Shown here in pieces: positions 1 to 11,100 of a stretch of DNA of 64,000 bases (its first letter is position 1; the number at the start of each line of letters is the position of its first letter). The notes under the pieces were generated by a model that saw nothing but the letters and a program-made list of their open reading frames with translations, made no database searches and was not told the DNA's origin. The DNA comes from Planctomycetota bacterium (GTDB lineage Bacteria > Planctomycetota > UBA8108 > SXIK01). The stretch lies in contig OZ244999.1 of assembly GCA_965223265.1 (NCBI GenBank), forward strand, positions 4,928,001 to 4,992,000, read 5' to 3'. A program made the translations under genes and the position numbers.

Positions 1-86
1 TTTAGGCCTCGGCGGGCTGGTGGCTCCAGTCGTGATCTACGCGGCCAGGCCATGACGCGGTCAAATCGATCGCAAACGATGCGTCT

Positions 87-623
87 ATGAGTACCCAGCG
101 AGACGGTTCACGCGTTGATCTCGTGGCAGCGAGCGCGGACGACCGGCTAGCGATCGCAGCTCTCTTGAAGTGCCATCTGCGCGAGCTCGCGAGCCTCGCC
201 AGCAAGCCAGGCGACGTCGACGGCGACGGCGGTGTCGACGCCTACCCGTACTTTCCGCTCTACTGGTCGGACCCGGATCGCTTCCCGTTTGTGTTTCGCG
301 CCCCGGGCGACGACGGCGCACCGCTTGGGTTCGCCCTCGTTCGCCGCATCGGCAGCGGCGACGATGAGATCATGGAGATTGCCGAGTTTTTCGTCGAACC
401 GAACCGCCGTCGCCGCGGAATTGGCACCGCCGCGCTCTCGCGCCTCGTCGAGCGATTTCCGGGCAGCTGGAGTCTGACGAGTGGGATCGAGAATCGTGCC
501 GCAGTCGAATTCTGGCGCAGCGTGCTCCGACGTCTGTGGCGCGAAACGCTGAAGATCGCGGCGTCACCACAAGGCGGGCGCGTGATCTTCAGCTGGCGCG
601 CTGGCAACGGGCAGAATCCGTGA
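87..623 (+). CDS. GNAT family N-acetyltransferase
   Basis: 178 aa ORF; GFALVRR strand followed by acetyl-CoA-binding motif A EIAEFFVEPNRRRRGIG and N..A..FW motif B. Confidence 0.85.
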   Translation: MSTQRDGSRVDLVAASADDRLAIAALLKCHLRELASLASKPGDVDGDGGVDAYPYFPLYWSDPDRFPFVFRAPGDDGAPLGFALVRRIGSGDDEIMEIAEFFVEPNRRRRGIGTAALSRLVERFPGSWSLTSGIENRAAVEFWRSVLRRLWRETLKIAASPQGGRVIFSWRAGNGQNP

Positions 624-753
624 GTTCTCGGTAGAATACAGTTTCGTCCGGATCCACGGTTCGACGACCGAAGAGAGGGGTACGCGCGGATCCATCCGGC
701 AGCCGTCCGGTTTCCCCTTCCCGCCCTCAAAAACTGTCTCCCCAAGGTCGCAC

Positions 754-2646
754 ATGAAGTTCCAGTCGATAGCGATAGCTCTGGCATGTGCCGCCGCGCT
801 GGCGTCTCTTGTTGGCTGGGCCCTTCTGCATTCAGACTTCGCCGCTGAGCGAGAGGAGCAAGATGACTCCTCGGCAGGGATGACAAACTCCGCCGACTCC
901 GGAGTTGGCGACGACCCGGGGGCTCCTCAGGTTGCGTCCGAATCTTCGAGTGCGACAGCCGCAGAGCGCATCACCAACCCAGGGATGCACAGCACTGACA
1001 CCACGCGCTCCGCCGCGGCAATGACCGCGCGAGCGGGCGAACTAGTGCTCGCATTGGAGAACGCGCATCGCGAAGCGGTGGTGGACGCCGCCATCGCGCT
1101 ACGGCGAACCCAACCGACCGCCGACACCGTCGTGATCGAGGTCCGCTCCGATGCAGACGGACGCGCGATCGTGAGCGATCTCGCCACGGGCCAATACAAC
1201 ATCGTGGTCGAGGCCACTGGATTTCCTAGGCTGCGTAGCAAGGCGCCGGTACACATCCGGCACGACACGCCAACCTACGCCCGGTGTGTGATCGCTAGTG
1301 GAGACGCATCGCTCTCTGGACGCGTCCTTGATGCGAAGGGTGCTGCGCTGCCCGGTATGACCGTTCTGTGGCACCCACTCTCGCCAGCGCCGGCCGAGAC
1401 CGTTCACCTCGTCCGGCAAGAAACTCAGGCCATCATCTCAACAGACTCGGAAGGCAGTTTCTCCATCACTGGAGTCACGGCGGGAGAATACTCCGTTGAG
1501 ACAGGAGCGCGAGAAGGGTTCGGAACGACGCGAAAGCACGTCGCGGCTCCGGCCGATGACGTACTCCTCGTCGTTCACGCAGAGTTTGCCACGATGATCA
1601 CCGGGGTGGTGACGGAACGTGATGGGGACGTGGTCCCCGCCGCTACGGTGCGCTCCGCGACCGGGGAGGTGGCCACCACTGACGAAGACGGGCGCTACGA
1701 GCTCGCGGTCAGGATCACCGAGACCCCCGGATCCTCAGTCGTCGTCTCAGCCGCCAAACCCGGTTTCTCAGAGCGTTACAAGACAGTGACGATGCGAGAC
1801 GCACGCGCAACGAACCCTCTCGAGATGTCTTTTCAGCTCAGCCGATTGCGAAACCTTGGCGCTCTCGAAGGGCAGCTCGTCGGCAGCCACGGGAGCGCCG
1901 CAGCAGGCGAGGCTGTCTATCTTCAAAGTGCGTCGGTGCGGCAGCTTCACACCGCGACCGCTGACCGCATCGGTCGCTTTCGTTTCGATGCTGTTCCTGC
2001 CGGCGACGACTATCGCCTCTGGGTCTACCCGATCTCTGGCTATTCGGATGTCACGGTCGAGCCAGTCGAAATCTCGTCAGGGGTCAATGAACTCGAAGTG
2101 ACCCTCGCTCCCCTTCTGACCGGCACGCTCAATGCCACGCTCATGGACGCGGCTGGCGACCCACTGCCGAACTTTACCGTGCGCGTGCGCAGCAAGCAGG
2201 CGCGTGCAGCCGTGGTCAGCGTCACGTCCGACGCCGAAGGGCGCTTCCGCGCTCTGGACGTACCTGTCGGCGACTTGACGGTGGAGACCATGAGCATGCC
2301 GAAAGTGACCGTGAGAGGACTTCGCCTGGAGGTAGGACAGGAGCTGAGCTCTGAGATCCCGATCGGAGTCGGCCCACGGTCGCTCACGGGGCAGGTCGTT
2401 CTCGCCGGCGGCTCTCACATCGCGGGGGCCCGCGTCGTGGTCACGTGGTCGCACCGGACGCAGCACCTTCACAGTAGTCTCTTCCAAGATCTGGTCACGG
2501 ACGCAACCGGACGCTTTCGTGCCTCCGGTTTGGGAGCCGGTCGGTGCGCGGTTAGCGTCAGCGCGGTCGGCGTCCAGTCAGCGCGTCGGACGGTCGAAAT
2601 TGCTCCTGATCATGATCCCGAATCACTACGCATCGAAATGCGCTGA
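754..2646 (+). CDS. Membrane-anchored protein with tandem carboxypeptidase-regulatory-like (Cna-B-type) beta-sandwich repeats
   Basis: N-terminal hydrophobic helix, low-complexity linker, then about 6 repeats of the pattern G.V.D..G.P...V ... TD..G.F....L..G.Y. Confidence 0.75.
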   Translation: MKFQSIAIALACAAALASLVGWALLHSDFAAEREEQDDSSAGMTNSADSGVGDDPGAPQVASESSSATAAERITNPGMHSTDTTRSAAAMTARAGELVLALENAHREAVVDAAIALRRTQPTADTVVIEVRSDADGRAIVSDLATGQYNIVVEATGFPRLRSKAPVHIRHDTPTYARCVIASGDASLSGRVLDAKGAALPGMTVLWHPLSPAPAETVHLVRQETQAIISTDSEGSFSITGVTAGEYSVETGAREGFGTTRKHVAAPADDVLLVVHAEFATMITGVVTERDGDVVPAATVRSATGEVATTDEDGRYELAVRITETPGSSVVVSAAKPGFSERYKTVTMRDARATNPLEMSFQLSRLRNLGALEGQLVGSHGSAAAGEAVYLQSASVRQLHTATADRIGRFRFDAVPAGDDYRLWVYPISGYSDVTVEPVEISSGVNELEVTLAPLLTGTLNATLMDAAGDPLPNFTVRVRSKQARAAVVSVTSDAEGRFRALDVPVGDLTVETMSMPKVTVRGLRLEVGQELSSEIPIGVGPRSLTGQVVLAGGSHIAGARVVVTWSHRTQHLHSSLFQDLVTDATGRFRASGLGAGRCAVSVSAVGVQSARRTVEIAPDHDPESLRIEMR

Positions 2647-2743
2647 AACAGACGGCGGCGCTGACCCGGTTCCAACACCGACCAGGTGACCTCGAGGCGC
2701 GGCCGCTGCAGTAGACGACGACGGCGGGCGAGAGGTATGGGCG

Positions 2744-2773
2744 GCGTTTGCGTGGGCGTTTGCGTGGGCGTGG
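2744..2773. repeat. Short (GCGTKK)5 hexamer tract
   Basis: gcgttt gcgtgg gcgttt gcgtgg gcgtgg; same unit as the long array at 36686-36853. Confidence 0.7.
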
Positions 2774-2962
2774 CGTTTCCTAGAATAGCAGGCGCATGCC
2801 GTGGACGGTCGTGACCGTCGCGGCAGTCCTCACGTTTGGTGAGGTTTGCCGGTGTGCCGTGTGTTCGGCCGGTGGCGAGTTGTCGTCGCCGTCGCCGCAC
2901 GAATCTGCGCGAGACGTCCTGCCGAACGCTCACCGTGCAGGTTAGACTTAACCTCGAGTTAA

Positions 2963-2988
2963 CAGTCCGCCTGAAAAAGTGTTCAACA
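2963..2988. mobile_element. Possible solo/collapsed end of the MITE family found at 25231, 38239 and 41513
   Basis: cagtccgcctgaaaaagtg matches the 41513 element end cagtctgcctgaaaaggtg at 17/19 nt, is preceded by ttaa and runs into ttcaacag. Confidence 0.4.
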
Positions 2989-3085
2989 GCGGAATCGGAC
3001 GGCGACCCCGAAACCCCGACGGCTGCGTAGAACGACGGCACGAAAACGCGTCGCTGTAGCAGCTGCGCAACGAGTGAGGAGACCC

Positions 3086-4507
3086 ATGGCTAAGAGGCGG
3101 ACCGCAGCGGTCGAACATGACGTCATCACCCCACCGACGGCGACGGCTCCGGAGACAGAGCCCGACGCGTCGCGTCCGTCCGAGGATCTCAACCCCCTCC
3201 ACATCACCCGCCAGCAGCTCGACCGCGCCATTGCAAATTTTTCCCACTTGCAGTCGGGATTGATCGAATTCTTGAAGTCCCCGGCGCGTACGGTGACCGT
3301 TTGCTTTCCCGTTGAAATGGACGATGGCTCGGTACGCATGTTCACGGGCTATCGCGTCCTCCATAGCCGCATCCGAGGGCCTGGCAAGGGTGGCATCCGC
3401 TACCACCCTGACGTGACGGCTGACGAGGTGCGAGCACTCGCCAGCTGGATGACGTGGAAGTGTGCTCTCATCGACGTGCCGTTCGGCGGTGCCAAAGGCG
3501 GTGTCGTTTGCAACACGAAGGAACTCAGCGCCACCGAATTGCGCAAAGTAACGCGACGTTTCGTGTCGGATCTTGGTGACAACATTGGGCCGCACACGGA
3601 CATCCCGGCGCCGGATCTTTACACCGATGCCCAGACGATGGCGTGGATCTATGACACGTACGAGGGCATGCACCCGGGGCGCAACAACCTCCCGGTCGTG
3701 ACGGGCAAGCCGATCGATCTGGGCGGCTCCCTCGGGCGCGACGAGGCGACCGGCCGCGGCTGTCTCTACGCGACCGAGCGCCTGATCGCGTCGGGGATCG
3801 TGCCAGGGCTGCATCAACTTGAGGGTGCACGGGTCGCTGTGCAAGGATTCGGCAACGCTGGTTCGGTCGCCGCTCGACTCTTCCGTGAACGCGGTGCAGC
3901 CATCATCGCGCTCAGCGATTCGCAAGGTGGTGTGTTTTCGCGAGCAGGACTCGACCTCGACGCGGCGGTGGCGTTCAAACGCGAGCATGGCACAGTCGTT
4001 GGGCTGCCCGAAACCAAGACGATCACCAACGACGACCTTCTGACTCTCGACTGCGACATCCTCATCCCCGCCGCCCTCGAAAACCAAATCCGTCGCGACA
4101 ACGCCGACCGCATCCGTGCGTGCCTGATCTGCGAGGCCGCAAACGGCCCGACGACCCCTGCTGCGGATGACTTGCTCGCCGCGCGCGGCATCTTCGTGCT
4201 GCCTGACATCCTCGCCAACTCGGGCGGCGTGTGCGTCAGCTACTATGAGTGGGTGCAGAACATCGAAAACGAACGCTGGGACCTCGAGGAGGTTCATGCA
4301 AAACTGCTGCGCCAGATGCAGCGAGCCGTGGATGCTGTTGTTGAACGCTGGCGTGCGTTGAATTCGGGTACACAACTCGACACGGTTGAAGATGCCCCTG
4401 AAGAAACGAACCCCGCTTCGTGCGCTGCGGATCTACGCTGCGCTGCGTTGACCGTGGCGATCGAGCGCGTCGCGCGGGTGACGTTAGGGCGGGGGATTTG
4501 GCCGTAG
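3086..4507 (+). CDS. gdhA: Glu/Leu/Phe/Val dehydrogenase (glutamate dehydrogenase)
   Basis: GPGKGGIRYHP, MTWKCA, PFGGAKGG, DIPAPD, VTGKP..LGGS.GR.EATG.G, VQGFGNAG, EAANGP, PDILANSGGV..SYYEWVQN; GAGGAG RBS before ATG 3086. Confidence 0.93.
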   Translation: MAKRRTAAVEHDVITPPTATAPETEPDASRPSEDLNPLHITRQQLDRAIANFSHLQSGLIEFLKSPARTVTVCFPVEMDDGSVRMFTGYRVLHSRIRGPGKGGIRYHPDVTADEVRALASWMTWKCALIDVPFGGAKGGVVCNTKELSATELRKVTRRFVSDLGDNIGPHTDIPAPDLYTDAQTMAWIYDTYEGMHPGRNNLPVVTGKPIDLGGSLGRDEATGRGCLYATERLIASGIVPGLHQLEGARVAVQGFGNAGSVAARLFRERGAAIIALSDSQGGVFSRAGLDLDAAVAFKREHGTVVGLPETKTITNDDLLTLDCDILIPAALENQIRRDNADRIRACLICEAANGPTTPAADDLLAARGIFVLPDILANSGGVCVSYYEWVQNIENERWDLEEVHAKLLRQMQRAVDAVVERWRALNSGTQLDTVEDAPEETNPASCAADLRCAALTVAIERVARVTLGRGIWP

Positions 4508-4605
4508 CGCTCCGACAGGGAGCAGCGAACGCGCCTCGACCGAGGATAGCGAAAGCTTATCCGTTGTCGCCGGCGCCGCCGTAGGAACCTCGCGTCGCGA
4601 AGCCC

Positions 4606-4926
4606 CTACCCCTTGACTTGCATGCCGCGCGCACGAACAAAGTCCCGTGCACGATCGCGGTGGTCGCCTTGAAGCACGATCTCGTCGCCCTTAACGCCGC
4701 CACCGGTGGCGCAAGCTGTGCGGAGCTCGCGCGCGATCTCCGCCAACTGCGACGAGTCGAGCCCTTCAGACGCCAGCACCGTGGTGGGCTTGCCGCGACG
4801 CTTCTCGAGGCGCAGACGAATCATCGCGCGTCCCGACGAGCGCTGCGACTCCGGCACCGCGCGACCGTCGCCGCTCACCAGCGACCAGCCGTCACCCGAA
4901 CTGACGCGGCGCCGTTTCTTGGCCAT
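4606..4926 (-). CDS. yciH: SUI1/YciH family translation initiation factor
   Basis: RLEKRRGKPTTV...LRTACATGGGVKGDEIVLQGDHR is the SUI1 signature; purine-rich RBS upstream of ATG 4926. Confidence 0.85.
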   Translation of the reverse strand: MAKKRRRVSSGDGWSLVSGDGRAVPESQRSSGRAMIRLRLEKRRGKPTTVLASEGLDSSQLAEIARELRTACATGGGVKGDEIVLQGDHRDRARDFVRARGMQVKG

Positions 4927-4998
4927 GCTTTCCCCCTTTGATGTGGCGGCACGACACGTCTCGGCCGCGCGCAACGAAAACGCTACGGCGTCGGCAGC

Positions 4999-6294
4999 CT
5001 AGCGTCCAGCTTGACCGATGCAGTAGAGAACTTCCTGGCGGCGCCCCGCCACACTGCGCCCCACACGCATGTAGATGCGGCTGGAGCAAATCGCCGGCGT
5101 CGCGAACACTTCCCCCGCAAGCTCGTTCTCGGCGACGAGCTCAAAGGCTTTCGGGTCGGCCTTGAAGACAAACGTCTTGCCGACCTCGTTGGTGACATAA
5201 ATCCGATCGCCGACAAGCACCGGCGATGAGCTGAACGTGCCGCCGAGCCGGCCTTTCCACATCTCGTTACCCGTCGCACTGTCCCAGCAGTTGGCGATGC
5301 CAGCGTCGGCAACGCCGTAGAGATAGCCGTCGTGAACCAACATCGATGGCACGTAGACACGCACCGTGTTCTCCCACGTGATCTCTTTCGAACCGTCCGC
5401 CTCGACGGCAGAAACGTGGTTCTTGGGATAGCCGCCGCTGGTGAAGATTCGCGCCCCGTCGGTGACGGTCGAGGTAACGCACTCCGTCGTCGCGCCTTCC
5501 ACCTCCCAGAGCTTCTCGCCGGTGAGGGGGTCAAAGCTGACGATGAGATCGCAACCGACCAGGAAGAGTTGTTCGCGGCCACCGGCGGTCAAAATGATCG
5601 GTGATGGATAGTTTGGCTTTTCGGGACGCTCCACACGCCAGACGATGTCCCCGGTGGCTCGGTTCATCGCACACAACGCCCCACCACTCTTGTTGTCGGC
5701 GGAGACGATGACGAGGTCGCGATAGATCGTCGGCGATGACCCGTAGCCCTGATGGACGACGTAGTCGCTGATCTTGGTTTGCCATAGTTGATCGCCTGCC
5801 CGGCTCAGCGCGGTCGTGTGCACCGCGTCACCATTCAAGAAGTTGACGAAAAACCTTTCGCCGTCACACGCCAAGGTCGTAGATGCCTGCGATGCCTTCT
5901 TGTTGCCGCCTTTTTCCAATCCCCCCTTGTGCACGTCCGTCTTCCAGAGGAGGTCGCCGTTCTTGCGGTGAAAGCAGAGGACCGACTGAATCTCTTTTTC
6001 TTCGTCAGCGGTCGCGAGCACGACTTGGTCGCCCACGACAATCGGTGAACCATGACCGCGTCCCGGGACGTCGCTTTGCCAGAGGACGTTCTCGCTTTCG
6101 CTCCAGGTAAGCGGCAGGTCTTGGTCACTTGCGGCAATGCCGTTGCGCTGGAGCCCACGCCACCACGGCCAATCGTCAGCGGTGAACGCACTTGCGATCG
6201 GGTCGCCAGCTCGATTCGAAGCCGTGCAGGAAACGATGCCAACGAAAACGAAAGGCATGAAGAGAACGAGCGAGTAGCGTCGAGGCGTGATCAT
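4999..6294 (-). CDS. PQQ-binding-like beta-propeller protein (BamB-like planctomycete family), possible lipoprotein
   Basis: DWPWWRG..RNG, LP.TWSE.ENVLW, GHGSPIV, GYGSSP, YPSP, FSSSPV, FATPA repeats; hydrophobic leader ending GIVSC; start uncertain. Confidence 0.85.
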   Translation of the reverse strand: MITPRRYSLVLFMPFVFVGIVSCTASNRAGDPIASAFTADDWPWWRGLQRNGIAASDQDLPLTWSESENVLWQSDVPGRGHGSPIVVGDQVVLATADEEKEIQSVLCFHRKNGDLLWKTDVHKGGLEKGGNKKASQASTTLACDGERFFVNFLNGDAVHTTALSRAGDQLWQTKISDYVVHQGYGSSPTIYRDLVIVSADNKSGGALCAMNRATGDIVWRVERPEKPNYPSPIILTAGGREQLFLVGCDLIVSFDPLTGEKLWEVEGATTECVTSTVTDGARIFTSGGYPKNHVSAVEADGSKEITWENTVRVYVPSMLVHDGYLYGVADAGIANCWDSATGNEMWKGRLGGTFSSSPVLVGDRIYVTNEVGKTFVFKADPKAFELVAENELAGEVFATPAICSSRIYMRVGRSVAGRRQEVLYCIGQAGR

Positions 6295-6516
6295 TTTGCG
6301 ACAAAACCTTGCAGAAAAGGGCACAGGGACTTGCTAGGCCAGCCCCAAAGCCTAACGATCGCGACGCTGGAAAGCCAGCCCCGGGAGGTGCGGCCGCCGG
6401 GGGGGCGCGACTGGATTTTTTCCGCAGCGATGTCGCGCGGTTCGCACCGTCGGACACACTGCGAGTGCCGACCTTTGGCGTGCTGAGACTCATGCGGCGA
6501 TGTGAAGGTGTCTGCC

Positions 6517-7914
6517 TCAAGGTGGCAGCACCAGCGTCGGTTCCGTCTCGTCGACGAACCACAAGTCTTCCGCCCCATACAGATCGGCGCCACCCTCGTC
6601 GATAAAATCTTCTCCGACCGAGTAGACTATGCGGCGCTCCACCTCCGCGTGCGTGCCGTAGCGCAGCGGCTTGCCGTCGTACGGATCCAGTGGCACCTGA
6701 GGTAAGAATTCCGGCACCAGTTCAGTGAGCGAATCCGGGTAACGGCCGTGCACTTGGCGATAGTGCATCAGTGCGATGAAACAGATGGTCGCGCGAAGTT
6801 GGAATCGGAGCGCCGCGCGGCGATACTGGATTGGTGGCGGGCACGACAGCACGTAGGCGACCAGCCAATACCCCCTGCCGAGTGGATCCGCTTTGGGCTT
6901 TGGATTTGGCTCGACGGAAATCAGAGCATCAGATTGATTCTCGACAGCGACCCGATAGGACTTCGAGAGCAGCTCCAACATGCGGTTGCGACGAAACGTC
7001 AACGCCGCCCAAACTCGCCACAGAGGATTAATCGTCCCGCCCTCAGCTTCGACTGATTCGACGACGTCGTCGAGATCACTGTTTCGCATGACGCTGTAAT
7101 CCGCTCGGAATACGTCTTTCATCACGGCGGAGCTCACTTCCAAGGACCTCAGTTCCTCGCCAAGCCTACGCAAATCTTTGGTCGACTGCTCAGAAGAGGC
7201 CACCAACGCCAACGTGCAATTGACACCGATTCCCTTGATCGCCATGCCGACCGCACACTGGGTGACGGAGCCCTGCCCCAGCTCGATCCGGTGTCCAAAT
7301 CGTGCGATCTTCAATGCGTCTTCGAGCGCAATTCTCCCGTCGCCACCGAGCCGCTGGAGATTCGCGCGTAGAGCCACGAGGTAGGTCAAAACACGCCAAT
7401 CGGCCATGTACGGCACTCGCTCGTTGATCGAGTTCGAGTGACGCACCTGAAAGTCCGGTCGCTGCAGGCTGCGCTCGAACCGCTCGAGCACCTCGGTGTT
7501 CTCGGCCAGCGCCTGCTCAATCGCCGCGACATCCGAGGCGACGTCGGCAGGAGCCTTTGCCACGTCGTCGTCATCTTCTCGAGAGCTCGCTGCTTCGCCC
7601 TCGATATCAAGATCGATCGCAACGAAATCGCGATAGACTTCTCGCGCCCATCCGACTCGCTGCCCCAGCTCGTCCGGCAATGTCGCCGCGTCACCGGGCA
7701 GATCAACGTCGAGAAAGCCGTTGTCGGCGTCCTTGACCTGTCGGCGCGCCAGCAGGAGATCGCTGTCATCGATCGGCGCAATGTCAGGCCACAAAGCGAA
7801 GCACGCAAGGATGGCGAGCAGGATCAGAAAAACACCGCAAAGAGTCTTCACGAAAACACTGAAGAGTCGCCAGCGTTTCGCCATACAGACTGCCTCCGTT
7901 CGGACGTGGAACAC
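6517..7914 (-). CDS. Membrane-anchored helical protein with C-terminal GspG-like (pseudopilin-type) domain
   Basis: N-terminal TM helix; C-terminal ALMHYRQVHGRYPDSLTELVPEFL...LDPYDGKPLRY...YSVGEDFIDEGG. Confidence 0.6.
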   Translation of the reverse strand: MFHVRTEAVCMAKRWRLFSVFVKTLCGVFLILLAILACFALWPDIAPIDDSDLLLARRQVKDADNGFLDVDLPGDAATLPDELGQRVGWAREVYRDFVAIDLDIEGEAASSREDDDDVAKAPADVASDVAAIEQALAENTEVLERFERSLQRPDFQVRHSNSINERVPYMADWRVLTYLVALRANLQRLGGDGRIALEDALKIARFGHRIELGQGSVTQCAVGMAIKGIGVNCTLALVASSEQSTKDLRRLGEELRSLEVSSAVMKDVFRADYSVMRNSDLDDVVESVEAEGGTINPLWRVWAALTFRRNRMLELLSKSYRVAVENQSDALISVEPNPKPKADPLGRGYWLVAYVLSCPPPIQYRRAALRFQLRATICFIALMHYRQVHGRYPDSLTELVPEFLPQVPLDPYDGKPLRYGTHAEVERRIVYSVGEDFIDEGGADLYGAEDLWFVDETEPTLVLPP

Positions 7915-8148
7915 GCCGGTGGCTCGTCGGTCGGGAGGGACACCGTGGTTTCAACGGCGCAACTGCGTTCAACGCGCGACGCGGCCGGCGCCAACAATTG
8001 ACAGGCAAGATACCAGGACGGACCGCTTCGAGGTAGGTTGGATCGAAGATCTTTTGTGATGCTCAGCCGCACTCCGCGGCGCGAAGACTTGGGCAAAAGT
8101 CGAGGCGAACGCGCCATCTACTGACCTGACTGTCCGGCGCCCACGCCC

Positions 8149-11100
8149 TCACCCACGCTTCGGCTTCGACTTGTCCGGCAGCGGCGGCTTCTCGTGATGG
8201 TTCACCGGCTCGGCGGCGATGCGTGCCTCGAGCTCCGCGATGGCACGGTCGAGCTGTGGATCCCGTCGCGCGCGCCAGTCCTCAGGCAGTATGTCGAGCT
8301 CGATGTCCGGCTCGACCCCACGGTTCTCGAGTCCCCAGCCTTTCTTCGGATGCCACCACGCGAATTCCGGTTGGCTGCTCATGCCTCCATCGATGAAGGC
8401 CTTGTCTCGACGGATGCCGACGACGCCGCCCCACGAACGCATGCCGATCACTGGCCCCAACCCGAGCACCTGGAAACTCTCAGGAAAAATATCGCCGTCG
8501 GAACCAGCGTTCTGGTTCGTCAACACCACCTTGTGGCCGATGTGGACGCGGAATGGATACGTGTAGTCGACTCCGCGCCGCGGCGTCATGTAAGCCCACA
8601 GCGTACGCCGCAGCCGATCAATCACCAGCTGCGAGACGTTGCCACCGCCGTTGTAACGCACATCGATGATGAGGCCAGGCTTCGCGACTTGCGGATAGAA
8701 CGCCTTGGCGAACTCGGTCAAGCCGCGCCCGCTCATGTCAGGTAGGTGGAGATAACCGATGCGACCGCCCGAGGCGCGTTCGACATACTCGCGGTTGCGC
8801 CGCACCCAGTCCCTCAGCCGGAGGTTTCTCTCGTCAGCGAGAGTGTTGATTTGGATGTTGCGTGCGTCGCCGCGGTCTGCAGATAGTCCCACTGTCAAGA
8901 CGACCTCCTGCTCGGCGCGGTTGGCGAGTGCATCGTAGACGTTGGCGCTTGCTGGCAGATCTCTCCCGTCGACGGCGAAAAGATACTCGCCCTCCTGGAC
9001 TCTCGCATGGCTCATGGTGAGCGGCGAACGCACGTCGGTTTCCCACACTTCAGGTCGCAGGATGCGTGCGAAGCGGTGGAGTCCGCTCGCCTCGTCGACT
9101 TCGAGCTCCGCCCCTAGAAGCCCGACGCCCACCCGCCGCGCCTGCTCGAGATCTCCACCTGTGATATACGTGTGCGACGTGCCAAGCTCCGCGAACATCT
9201 GCCCGATGAGGTCATTGAGCTCGTCGCGCGAACCAATCCGCGGCAGCAGAACTTCGTACTTCTTTCGGATGTCGACCCAGTCGACGTTGGCCAAGTTCTC
9301 GGCCCAATAAAAGTCTCGCTGCAGCCGCCAAGCCTCGACGAAAATCTGTCGCCACTCCGCAGAAGGCTCCACTCGCAGCGACAACTCAGAGGGGTCCAAG
9401 GCATCGGCGTCTCGTTCACCCTTCGAGTCCACTCCCTCGACGAGGATCTTTTTGTCGACACGGTAGGCTATGCGCTTGCCATCGCCGCTCAGTGTGTAGT
9501 CAGAAACTCTTTCGGCGCGGACGCTCTCCTCCTTGGCTTTCAGGTCGTAAGCCATGAGGCGATTCTTGGCATCTTTTTCAAACAGCCCACGGCGCCCACG
9601 CATCGGTTGCCGGAGATAAAAGACCTTGTCCGCGGTCGCTCGCAGCGCGCCGTACGCGTCCGCAGCGACGGGAAACTCGACGACGCGGGAGGTAATCCCT
9701 TGAATATCGATTTCAACGGGCGCGACCACCGTTTCCGTCTTCGCGCCACGCTTTGCAGCATCGTTCACCGGATCGGGTGCCGTGTCGGCGTCACTCGCAC
9801 CGTCCTCCAAGAGCTCGTCGGGAAGGAAGGGTGACTTTCCGTTAGCTTGAAGGATCACCGCGCACGGCTTCTCCGTGCGCGTCACGATGAACTGATAGTC
9901 AAGTTCGCCGTGCAGCGGGTTGAACGAGCGCGACGACAGGAAGTAGAGGTAGCGGCCCTTGGGGTCCCACGCCGGACTCGTCTCGCGCGTGAAGTTCGTT
10001 GTCACGGGAAAAGAGTGCTGCTCGCTCATGCTATAGATATGAATCGTGTCGAGCTCGTTCGCTTCCGGCTTAACGTACGCAAGCCAAGCAGAGTCGGGCG
10101 AGAACACGTACTCGCGAATCTCCCAGGCCGCGCTGCGATCGACGAGCTTCGACTCCTTCGTTTGCACATCGACGACGAAAAGACTGAAGGTGTAATCGGC
10201 GTAGGCGATGGACTTGCCGTCGGGAGCCCATGCTGGCCCGAAGACCCACCCTCTGCCGCCATCGGTGATCAGCGTCGGCTCCGAACCTGCGGCAAGATCG
10301 AGGACGGCGATTTCCTGCTCGCCGCTCTGATCCGTCACGTAGGCGATACGCTTCCCGTCGGCAGAAAATACCGGCTCGCGCTCCCGCACCCCCGAGGAGC
10401 GCATGAGTTGGCGACGCCGTCCCTTGTTCGTTCGCACCGTCCAAATCTCGCCGCGCGAGCAGATCGCGAGGTTCTTGCCCCCTGTGTCAAGCACGTAGCC
10501 CTCGACGGTCTTCGACGCGTCTTCGAACCGAGCGTGCTGTCGGACGCGATCGCTCGGAATCTCGATGGGGATCCGCTTCGCCTCGCCACCGCGAGTCGAT
10601 GTAATCCACAGGTCGCCGCCGAGCATGTAGACGATCCGGTCGCCGTTCAGGTCTGGCCAGCGGACGTCGTAATCAGTGTGATGGGTCACGGCTTCGACGC
10701 CGCCGCCATCGACGCCCATGCGGTAGAGATTCATCGTGCCGCTTCGGTCCGACGCGAAGTAGATTCGCTCCCCGTGCCACATCGGAAAGCGGTCGGTCCC
10801 TTTCCAGTCCGTGAGGCGCGAAAAGGTGCCGCTTTCGAGGTCGCCGACCCACACATCTTGCGCACGTCCGCCGTAGTAACGTTTCCAGTTGCGAAACTCG
10901 CGCGAGAAACGATTGAACGCGAGGCGACGGCCGTCGGCGGCGAAACTCACCAGCGCCGCAGGTCCGATGTCGATCGGTTCGGGATGACCACCTGCAGCCG
11001 CAACACGAAAGAGACGAAGCTCACGAGCATTCGAAGCGCGTGAGCTTCGAAAGACAACCGATTCGCCGTCGGCACTCCAGGCAACGACCTCGTCGCGCGC

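Noticed and set aside
2948-4375. 475-aa antisense ORF opposite gdhA (similar cases at 9847-11043, 15837-17303, 20010-21065, 54018-55190)
   Set aside because: Shadow ORFs expected from high-GC codon bias opposite well-supported genes; no motifs
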